Assembly: GCA_002269645.1 (NCBI GenBank)
Contig: NIVC01000691.1
Coordinates: forward strand, 1 to 64,000
Reading direction: 5' to 3'
Length of the DNA: 64,000 nucleotides
Source of the DNA: Macrostomum lignano
Taxonomy: Eukaryota
Shown here in pieces: positions 50,167 through 59,994 of this stretch (position 1 is its first letter; every line of letters begins with the position of its first letter). Below the pieces are notes generated by a model. The model had not been told where the DNA came from. It did not search any database and worked only from the letters and a program-made list of their open reading frames with translations. The position numbers and the translations under genes were made by a program.

Positions 50167-53100
50167 TTAATACATACATTTGTGTGGGTGTGACGAAGAG
50201 TAAATTATTCGCTTGCAAGTAGGACAGGCAAGATTCGAACATTGTTTGCACCAGAGGTACGAATGGCCTTTGCGTGCCGGTTTCAATCCGTGCCCACAAT
50301 CTCCAACCAACTGCCGACTTGAATTTTGCGGCAAATCCATAGGCACAGATTCACTGCGGAAATCACTTTCTTGACGATGACCAGCAGAAGCAACGGAAGA
50401 ACCAGGATTGCCGACCAACGATCGCAGGTGATTAACAGCAATTCTTCGCTTATAAACAGACCAGTTTGTCGATTTGCTTCCCCAGATGCAATCTTCTAAC
50501 CACTTTGCATGTTTTGAGCAGTCAGAAGTACGAGTACTTGCAAAAACGCATCTATAACATACCGGACACTGAATGTCGAACTTGTCACGGCATCCATCTA
50601 CCAGCTTACGAAAAACATAAGTGGAAAAGCAATATTGGCACAGAGAACAAGAGCATGTCGGAAAATCAATTTTGTAAAGTTGGTCTATGTCTAGACGGCA
50701 GTTCGAACAATAAAATTTAGAAGCATCATCTTTGACAGCGGCAGATGGATCAGAAAAGCCCTTCAATCGCCTCCAGATAGACAGCTCGTGATCGAAGCGT
50801 TCAAGGATTGATGCCGATTCTGCCCCACCAAGCATACTTTGAATTCGAAGCCGTGCAAATTCGTAATGCTCATTCTCGATTCTTTTCTCAATAAAAGCAC
50901 GCGAACAGAAGCAAATAAAGTCACCGAGAACAAAATAATTGCGTCCGATTGCTTTCCAGAAGCAGTCCACGCATATTTTGCAGCCACAAACTTTTACTTC
51001 AAACGGATCAGTCTCCTCAACCTTGCGTCGGCATTTACAGCAAGTAAAAGAGACCACTAGTTCCGAACTTTCTGGCACAAATCCAATTTCCGTGGCGCTA
51101 TTTGAGAATTCAGTTGGCCTGGCAGATGTACCATTTACTTGGTCCGATGCAGCTCTGCAAGCTTGCTCATAGGAAAGGCCGTGATCCCTCATAAGTTTAT
51201 CAATTCTATCGTCAATTTGATGTCGCTGAAAATAAACTTCAGTAAGTGACATATTCCTTCCAACGCTCAAATGACTTGCCGGTTGGATTTCAAAACTGCA
51301 CACTTCACAAAAAGTGGCAGTTAATGAGTTTTTTAAAGTACACTGCGGACACTGAACAGCTTCTAAAGTTTCAGCATCGGTACCACCATCCGGCACACTG
51401 CTCGTTGCAGACTGCGCATCAGTGTTTCTAGCAGCAGCTTCATGACCTGCAGAATCACCGCTTCTATAATAATGAGCAGTTTCAGCTCCACAGAGAGGTC
51501 TGTTGTAATCATTAGCGACAGCTCCACCACTTGAATACTCGGGGGGCTGGGATCCTGCCGAAGAAGCACCTTGAATAGGAACAGCATCAAGCCGTTCATC
51601 ACAACCTTTACACTTTACTGAATGCGAGTCGTTCAGCAATGTGCATTTTACACACAGGACTTTGCCGGTAGAAGCCTTGACGCTCTCTACAACATTCGCC
51701 AGGCTGCTGGTCTTCGAGCACACTTGGCAGGTAAGGCGATAATTTTTTGTCGTGTCAGAGTTACAGCTGAACTCATTCATTGTAGTGCAATGAGCACATG
51801 TCCAAGTTAGACCAGTCACCTGGACTGGGTTGTGACGGCTGACGTATAAGCCTTCTTTCGTTTGGTTGACAGAAAAAACACGTTGAACCATTACTGGCTG
51901 GCCAGAATCGCGTTCTCTTATCGGCTGGCCACAATTGCGTTCTCTCATTGGCTGGCCGAAATTGCGTTTTCGCGATGGCTGGCCAGAAGCGCGCTTTTTC
52001 TTTGGCTGGTCAGAATTGCGTACTCTCATTGGCTGACCAGAATCGCATTCTCTCATTGGCTGACCAGAATAGCGCTCTCCAATTGGCTGGCCAGAATCGC
52101 ACTCTCTCATTGGCTGGCTAGAATCGTGTTCTCTCATTGGCTGGCCAGAATCTCGTTCTCTCATTGGCTGCCCAGAATCGCGTTCTCTCATTGGCTGACC
52201 AGAATCTCGTTCTCTCATTGGCTGGCCAGAATCGCGTTCTCTAATTGGCTGGCCAGAATCGCGCTCTCCAATTGGCTGGTCAGAATTGCACTCTCTCATT
52301 GGCTGACCAGAATCTCGTTATTTTATTGGCTGGCCAGAATCGCGCTCTTTAATTGGCTGGTCAGAATTGCGCTCTCTCATTGGCTGGCCAGAATCGCATT
52401 CTCCTATTAGCTGTCCAGAATTGCTTTTTCTCATTGGCTGACCGGAACTTTCAATGTGCATCTCACAAACAGTGACAGTTAATGGATTTTCTAAAGTACA
52501 TCTCGGGCACTGACCGGCTTCTAAAGTACCACCATCAGTACATCCATTCAGCCCATTGCTTGTTGCAGACTGTACATCAGAGGTATCGTCCCACTCGTCC
52601 AGCAACTGAAGCATTCTGTTAGTCTCGTCAACTCCGATCTCAGACTCCAACTCGAGCACTTGAATCTTCATCAACTCGCGAGCCTCAAAATCGCCAGTCC
52701 ACGCCACTCCGCACACCTGACATTCCAAGCGGCTGGGCAGAGATCGCACGAAGCTGCCAAAACAAGCTGAGCACAGCTCACAGCCGCAGCTACTCATGCT
52801 AGTCAGCTTCAGTTGTGGCATCTCATTGTTGCACTTGCTGCACCTGCATTTCAGCTTGCTAAGCAGCTCAGCAATGTCAAAGCAGGCAAAATCGCTGTTC
52901 TGAATCGCATTGATGAGATCAGAGTCGTTGAACTCTTTGAACTCGACCAGATCTTTGAGCTGGTAGAATCGCTCAGCCACGACTGGGTCGCAGCGGTCCA
53001 ATGCAGAGGGCAGCTTCAGCTCCACAACCTTATGATTCAAGTCTCCGTGACGCAGCTGGTAACACAGTCTGCACATGAAGCCGTAACGACACTCGGCATC

Positions 53101-53169
53101 GATGCACTTGAAGCTGCCAGTGTTGCGAAAGCAGATGTGGCACAGACTTGGGCCAGCTCGAGCGGCCAT
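50167..53169 (-). pseudogene. RNF31/HOIP-derived zinc-finger gene C (B-box, UBA-like, RING, partial NZF, 9-aa repeats, 3 NZF, 2 RING-like, IBR-like tail); one in-frame TAA splits it into 283-aa and 710-aa ORFs
   Basis: ORFs 53169-52318 and 52299-50167 are in the same frame. The junction reads AAA TAA CGA GAT TCT GGT CAG CCA ATG, where the repeat consensus is GAA/GAG (K-E-R-D-S-G-Q-P-M). It could be a pseudogene, two genes, or a base error. Confidence 0.7.
51895..52445. repeat. Coding 27-bp tandem repeat (about 21 units, MRERDSGQP)
   Basis: Unit TCTCATTGGCTGGCCAGAATCGCGTTC; each unit contains CAGCCAAT on the coding strand. Confidence 0.92.
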
Positions 53170-53361
53170 TCTGAGCTGAAGTGAGTTGAATAAAAATTAG
53201 AACATATTGTCACTGTAGCGATTGTCTACAACTAGACCTACTTGGGGAGCTGCCAGATGGCTAAAAGTGGAGTCAAACCGAAATGATACTGCCAGGACAG
53301 GTTGCTGCCCTCTGCCCTGTGCAAGGCTAGACTCCCCCACTAGCTAGGCTGATCAGAACGA

Positions 53362-56300
53362 TTCACGTCTCTCATACCGCAACATTTCTTTGCCCACAGC
53401 GCAAGCTTTTTGCGCCACACTCTATACTGTCTACTTATCAGTAGATGAACTCTGGCAGAAGCTGCGACTCCATTAGTGGGAGCTCCGACTCGTGCTTTCG
53501 AGAGTAGCAGAGGAACACAATAACTCAAGAATACGCTCGTAGTCGTGAAAGTGATAGTAAAGAGCGCGATTTTTTTGAAAATAATATCTATTTTTCAGAG
53601 AAAGGTCAGGGCAGAAAAATAGAATGTAACGAGTATAAGGGCTACAAGGTGAGGCTGGTGTGATCAAAATTACATCTGGGTAAGGAGATGGTGTGCTTTG
53701 GCGCTGAGGAACTCAATAAGGGACTCAAAAGCTAGATGAAGAATACAAAAAGGGCACTTAGGGCGTTGGGCTGATATCGGTCCTCCAAGCTTAATTAGCA
53801 CTTTTATGAACAGATTTTAGTGACACAGGTACGAAAGATAACACCTACTACTTAGAATATGGTACTTTCACAGAGAATTAATATGATCGGCAGATACAAT
53901 TCCTACGCGTCAATATATTGCAAAATGAGAAGGACAAAACGCATTTGTGTCTAAAATACATAATGCAACGTTTTTTTAAATAAAAATAGAAAAAACTACT
54001 GCTAATAAATCTATAGTGGATATAGGAAAACGATAAATAATATCTATTTTACTGCGTGAAGTCTCACCAGGGACAGGCACTGTAACAGAACACTAGGCTT
54101 AGAATAAAAAAAGGAACAATTCCTCTGGATAAAAATTTTCACACAGCCGACAAGTAGGCATTAATCGATTATACAACACATATGAATTATTTACTACAAT
54201 ATAACGCGCATCTCACGTATTTAAAAAATAAGTCTCATTTATAACAACAAGGCGTTTAATTAAAGTTGACCAACACTCAAAAAGCAACAAATTCAAACAA
54301 CGTGCCGATAATGTTCGTAGAAATGAGAAAATAATAACAAACTAATTATACTTCAAATTGCATTAGAAATTAATTATAGAAACTTGCTTTCGTTACATAA
54401 GAAAGGTTTTCTCAAGTTTTTGCAAAAAAATGGTTCATTTAGTGCTAGCCATTTGCGCATGATCAATTGAAAGTTGTTGTTAGGCCAAGCCAAAGGAACT
54501 CACAGATCAAAGAGAGAGTTTGGGTTAAAGACGGCTTAAATTGAGGCTTTGACGCCAAAACTGATAGGGGATGCTGATATTTTAGGCTGGATAGCAGGCT
54601 TTGGGGGCTGATTATTTTTTTGCTTTAACATCGTTTACTTAATAAGATATAACTATACAGAGTAGAAGCTTACATGTTTTTTAGTTTAAATATTTCATTC
54701 ATTATTTGATTATAGAAGCTATAAAGTTACCAATAGAATAACAACCGATATATAGCGAGTTCTTAGATAAGTAATCAAAATATAACATTGCTTATTAAAT
54801 ATCATGCATGCACAGTATATGTGTTCAAGTGATCACATCACAAGTATCTAGTCTTAAAAGTTAATACATACATTTGTGTAGGAATTTCGAAGTGTAAATT
54901 AGTCGCTTGCAAGTAGGACAGGCAAATTTGACACATTGAATGCACCAAAGGTAGCCGTTGTTTGCCGGTCTCAATCCGTGCCCACAATCTCCAACCAACT
55001 GCAGACTTGAATTTTGCGGCAAATCGCGATGCAAATATTCACTGCGGAAATCACCTAGACGAAGACCGCCAGAAGCAACAGAAGAACCAGGATTGCCGAC
55101 CAACGATAGCAGGTGATTAACAGCAATCCTTTGCTCATTAACAGACCAGAATGTTGGTTTGTGTCCCCAGATGCAATCTTCCAACCACGTAGCATGTTTT
55201 GAGCAGTCAGAAGTAATAGAAAAAAAGCATTTATAACAGACTGGACAACTTAGTTCATACTTGTCACGGCATCCATTGACCAGCTTGCGAACAACATAAG
55301 TGAAGAAGCAATCTTGGCACAGAGAACAAGAGCATGTCGGAGGATCAATCTTCTCAAATTGGTCTTTGTCTAGACGGCACTTCGAACAAGAAAATTTAGA
55401 AGCATCTTTGACAGCGGCAGATGGATCAGGAAGGCCCTCCCGTTGCCTCCAGTCAGACAGCCTCTGGTCGAAGCGCTCAAGGATGGACGCCGATTCTGCA
55501 TCACCGAGCTTTTGGCGAATTTGAAGCCGTGCGTCATCGTAATGCTCATTCTGATCTATTTTCACAAAACAAGCGCGTGAACAGTAGCAAAACAAGTCAC
55601 CAAGGTAAAAACCATTGTTTTCTATTAGTTTAATTGTTTTCCAAAAACAGTCCACGCATATTTTGCAGCCGCAAACTTTTATCTCAAACGGATCAGTCTC
55701 CTTAAACCTAAACTTGCATTTACAGCAAGCAAAAGAGACCACTGGTTCCGAGTTTTCTTGCACAATTCCAGCCATTTCTGTGGCGCTACTTAAGAATTCA
55801 GTTGGCCTGGCAGAAGTACCATTTATTCGGCCCGATACAGCTCTACAAGCTTGCTCATAGGAAAGGCCGTGATCCCTAATAAGTCTATCAACTGTATCGC
55901 CCATTTGTTGTCGCTCGAAATCAACTTCACCAGGTGACCTATTCCTTCCAACGCTCAAATGACTTGCCGGTTGGATTTCAAAATTGCACACTTCACAAAA
56001 ATTGGCAGTTAATGAGTTTTTTAAAGTACACTGCGGACACTGAACAGCTTCTAAAGTTTCACCATCAGTACCACCATCCGGCACACTGCTCGTTGCAGAC
56101 TGCGCATCAGTGTTTCTAGCAGCAGCTTCATGACCTGCAGAATCACCGCTTCTATAATAATGAGCAGTTTCAGCTCCACAGAGAGGTCTGTTGTAATCAT
56201 TAGCGACAGCTCCACCACTTGAATACTCAGAAGGCTGGGATCCTGCCGAAGAAGCACCTTGAATAGGAACAGCATCAAGCGGTTCATCACAACCATCACA

Positions 56301-56790
56301 TTTTACTGAATGTGAGTCGTTCAGCAATGTGCATTTTACACACAGGACTTTGCCGGTAGAAGCCTTAATGTTCTCAACGATATCCGTCAGGCTGCTGGTC
56401 TTCGAGCACACTTGGCAGGTAAGGCGATCATTTTTTGTTTTGTCAGAGTTACAGTTGAAGTCATTCTTTGTCGTGCAATGAGCACATGTCCAAGCTAGAC
56501 CAGTCGCCTGGCCAGGATTGTGACCGCTGACGCTTAAGTCTACATTCGCCGGGTCGACAGGATTAACATGTTGACCTCTGATTGGCTGGTCAAAATCGCA
56601 TTCTCTCATTGGTTGGCCAGAATCGCGCTCTCTCATTGGCTGGCCAGAATCACGTTCTATCGTTGGCTGGCCAGAATCGCGTTCTCTCATTGGCTGGCCA
56701 TAATCGCGTTTTCTCATTGGCTGGCCAGAATCGCGCTCTCTCATTGGCTGGCCAGAATCGCGCTCTCTCATTGGCTGACCAGAATCACGC
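53362..56790. repeat. Segmental duplication copy 2 carrying most of HOIP-like gene B and its 3' flank
   Basis: Direct repeat of 48390-52445; lacks the MITE. Confidence 0.9.
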
Positions 56791-57020
56791 TCCTTCGTTA
56801 GAAAGTTAGATTGACGCCCGTCACTCGATAGTCCAGAGTTTAAACCTGTATGAGTCGCATTTTGCTGAATATCAATTCGTTGATGATCTTTCCTGGCAGG
56901 ATGTCCATGCCAAATGTTATCGCAGCTTAAGCACAGCCGCTTCCTACTGCAACTAGCAACGGAGCACTCTTTTTCCGCTGGGTCGTCGCCGCAAAATTGG
57001 CACGGCTCGGGTTCTGACAT
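54861..57020 (-). CDS. RNF31/HOIP-derived zinc-finger protein B, single exon, 719 aa (HOIP-type B-box, 8 x 9-aa repeat, 3 NZF, 2 RING-like, IBR-like tail; no RING2/LDD)
   Basis: ATG at 57020 (the ORF track starts at an upstream TTG). B-box CQFCGDDPAEKECSVASCSRKRLCLSCDNIWHGHPARKDH. NZF-like motifs WTCAHCTTKN...CQVC, CVKCTLLN...CDGC and CPQCTLKN...CEVC. RING-like CSKCRLD...CSCSLCQDC...CPVC. Confidence 0.85.
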   Translation of the reverse strand: MSEPEPCQFCGDDPAEKECSVASCSRKRLCLSCDNIWHGHPARKDHQRIDIQQNATHTGLNSGLSSDGRQSNFLTKERDSGQPMRERDSGQPMRERDSGQPMRKRDYGQPMRERDSGQPTIERDSGQPMRERDSGQPMRECDFDQPIRGQHVNPVDPANVDLSVSGHNPGQATGLAWTCAHCTTKNDFNCNSDKTKNDRLTCQVCSKTSSLTDIVENIKASTGKVLCVKCTLLNDSHSVKCDGCDEPLDAVPIQGASSAGSQPSEYSSGGAVANDYNRPLCGAETAHYYRSGDSAGHEAAARNTDAQSATSSVPDGGTDGETLEAVQCPQCTLKNSLTANFCEVCNFEIQPASHLSVGRNRSPGEVDFERQQMGDTVDRLIRDHGLSYEQACRAVSGRINGTSARPTEFLSSATEMAGIVQENSEPVVSFACCKCKFRFKETDPFEIKVCGCKICVDCFWKTIKLIENNGFYLGDLFCYCSRACFVKIDQNEHYDDARLQIRQKLGDAESASILERFDQRLSDWRQREGLPDPSAAVKDASKFSCSKCRLDKDQFEKIDPPTCSCSLCQDCFFTYVVRKLVNGCRDKYELSCPVCYKCFFSITSDCSKHATWLEDCIWGHKPTFWSVNEQRIAVNHLLSLVGNPGSSVASGGLRLGDFRSEYLHRDLPQNSSLQLVGDCGHGLRPANNGYLWCIQCVKFACPTCKRLIYTSKFLHKCMY
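56570..56790. repeat. Coding 27-bp tandem repeat (8 units), same family as 51895-52445
   Basis: Same unit; encodes RERDSGQPM in gene B. Confidence 0.92.
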
Positions 57021-57287
57021 GCTTTGCAAGGTTTCAGGAAGGTATTAACTTTTATTATAGAGGCTATGGTTTTTTAAGAAAAGCAACGAAAAAATGTTAT
57101 TAACTGTACCATGCATAGAGACTACTCCAGTGTATTTTATGACATCACTACTAGTACTCTGATGGAGATAGGCTAATTACCTAAATATATAAGACAAGCG
57201 TATAACTGGAATGTTTCTGTTCTGACTATTAGTGCTTCTGGCAGTTAGTGTCAGAAGGCTTGCGATCAGATGCTAAGGCTCATGGGG

Positions 57288-57555
57288 AATCACTCAGATG
57301 CTAAGGCTCATGGGGAATCGCTCAGATGCTAAGGCTCATGGGGAATCGCTCAGATACCAAGGCTCATGGGGAATCGCTCAGATGCTAAGGCTCATGGGGA
57401 ATAGCTTAGATGCTAAGGCTAATGGGGAATCGCTCAGATGCTAAAGCTCATAGGGGAATCGCTCAGATGCTAAGGCTAATGGGGAATCGCTCAGATGCTG
57501 AGGCTCATGGGGAATCGTTCAGATTCTAAGGCTCATGAGCGAATCGCTCAGATGC
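57288..57555. repeat. Minisatellite, 28-bp unit, upstream of HOIP-like gene B
   Basis: GATGCTAAGGCTCATGGGGAATCGCTCA. Confidence 0.92.
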
Positions 57556-58608
57556 CAATTTAATTTAAATTAAATTGAAAAGAAACAAACGCAATAACAA
57601 TATAGTCAATTCTAAAATACATGTTCTGGAATATCTGGTATATTTGATTTCAATCAGAGAAATAAATTACAGACAAATTTGTGAAATAAAATATTTAATC
57701 TGACACAATTACCGGTAGCTGATTGGCAGCAAGAAAAGGCAAGTTTGCCTGCTTAGCAACATGTGATAACAAGACAAGTACATTAATGTTTTCCACCATT
57801 TTGACCTTTTGTAATAGCCGAGTAAATATCCAATCACTGAAGTCAGCATAATAGGAACCTATAGTAACCATATAACATTATACATAGTATATAAACTAGC
57901 AATCTAGTACCCCCCTTCGGGGCACCCAATAAGCAAGGAGCAAAAATTATTCATGCAAATTTATTAAAAAACCACATTTTCTTAAGAGCCAATTCCTTCT
58001 TCAGTTTCATAAATCCCCTTATTCTAGTAAGACTGTCACAGAAAGAGATGTATGCTATAAATATCTTTTTTCTAAAAAAAATAACTAAAACAGCAAAATA
58101 AAGCCTTCACTAAGATAGCAGGCATTTCCCCTACATAAAAAGCATCCCCAAGACCTCCTAACCCATAAATGAAAAAACCAAATAAATTAATGCTCAAAAA
58201 TAGCAATTGAAAGCAAAATAGAATTATCTCAAAGCTACAATTATTTAAGCATTTTCCCGCATAATAAATCATTTAAAATTATATTAGGAAGTACTTTATA
58301 ATAACGAAGCCATAGGAAGTTATTTCCAATTAAATAAGCATTGCTGAAAGCCTAGCTAGATCGATAGATAATTGAGCAGCAAAATAAAAACTAATAACAA
58401 ACTTTCGGTACGTGATGACAACAGCTATAGCACAGATGGACAAGATTGGTATTGGAATATCGCAACCTACTAAATTTGGAATGATATTACATGAAACTGA
58501 AAGAGTATATACGTCAGCATTTAATATCAACTGAATTATTTGATTAACAGGAAGCACTCTGATCCTTAGGATCAAAATCTGAATAAAAAAGCTGGAAAAT
58601 TTTACGTA

Positions 58609-59577
58609 CGAGGGGTGTCCAAAAAGTAGTGATACTTTTGCCTCTAGATCTTCACTGCATGCTTGAAATTCAATGAGTTTGGTGTCATTGGAAAGCGGAA
58701 AGTTTCATATTTTATTTGACTACTAAATATGACGAAATTCGAACTATTCAACAAGTTACAACTAGAAACATAGAACAAGGTCCACCATAGAGTTACAATG
58801 AAATCCACAAGACGCAACAGGTCAGCTCACAAAGTCCATGCTGGTCAGGCAGAGATGAATTGTTGATGGCGGGGTGTCGAGTCTATCCGCCATCTCACGA
58901 ATTGTCAGCCTGCAGTCTTCTTCTAGGAGGTCCAGAATCCGGTCAGCTAAGGCTTCTGAACCTGGTGCCAATGGTCTTCCTGACCTCTGCAAGTCAGCCA
59001 AATTTGTCCTCCCTGACTCAAAATTTTCGATTCAGCGGTACTACACCGTCATGCGACTTATCGCTTCAGCTCTATGAATGCTGCACAGATGACGGTGGAT
59101 CTCCGACCCACTCTTTCCGATGCTCCACAAAGTGAAAATTGCATGTCGCTGCCCTTCCTTGGAGTGCACATTCATAATTTGCATTTGTGCAGAAACTGCT
59201 CAGTCTTGAAAGAAGCACTCAATCAAGCTGGTACCTCAAAGAAATTTTGTCATGAATTTTAACCATAGACAGAAGCAGCACTTGTCAGAAATCTATTCAC
59301 TATTGACTCATCAATTATTCAGCTGCATTCATGCCAAAATTTGGCATGCAAACATGTCAAACAGGGTTTCCTTTTGATATGCACCATCTTTTGTAACTCT
59401 ATGTGCCTCAATGTGCCAAATAAGTTTGCGCAACTTCTTGTAAAATGAACATATAAACTCTAATTTGCAGTCAAATTAAAGATGAGACTTTCCGCTTTTT
59501 CAATGACACCAAACTCATTGAATCTCAAGCATGCAGTGAAGATCCAGAGGCAAAAGTATCACTACTTTTTGGACACC
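58609..59577 (-). mobile_element. Internally deleted mariner element with transposase HTH remnant
   Basis: Inverted repeats of about 95 bp (left TA|CGAGGGGTGTCCAAAAAGTAGTGATACTTTTGCC; right copy ends ...CTTTTTGGACACC, truncated). Minus-strand 59136-58822 translates GKSGSEIHRHLCSIHRAEAISRMTV*YR*IENFESGRTNLADLQRSGRP...ILDLLEEDCRLTIREMADRLDTPPSTIH, a mariner N-terminal HTH with stop codons. Confidence 0.88.
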
Positions 59578-59994
59578 ATTTTTGGAAACCAAAAAGCTTT
59601 GCTGCTCGTAGAACTTCAGTTTCCTCACTGGCTATATTTCAGAGACGTTTTTAGTGATATATCCAAGTGGCAAGTGGCAAATTTTACATAGAAGTAGCTT
59701 TGTCTCTAAGAAATAAGACAGATTTGAGTTTGAATTTTTTTTTAAATTTGTTTAGTTTAAAGTAGTGGGTTTATCAAATATTGAAACTGAGCTCAAGAAA
59801 TTAAATTACTGAAAATAGTTCTAAAGATGATGTGCTGGCAGGAATTTATTATAATGTAGAGAATATACGAGATTGAAGGTTCTAATGCGTGTTTAAGAAT
59901 ATATGTAGCCCATTGAGTAGGCGTATTTGTATATATCCGTTTCCAAATTACACTCATACTTGAAGTATTTTACACTCTTCATTGTTTCAATAAC

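Larger units (their letters stand above)
48390..52445. repeat. Segmental duplication copy 1 (about 4 kb) carrying most of HOIP-like gene C and its 3' flank
   Basis: Colinear with 53362-56790 in coding and non-coding sequence, e.g. TTTTGCGCCACACTCTATACTG, CCAAGCCAAAGGAACTC.CAGATCAAA and CACAAGTATCTAGTC...AAAGTTAATACATACATTTGTG. Confidence 0.9.
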
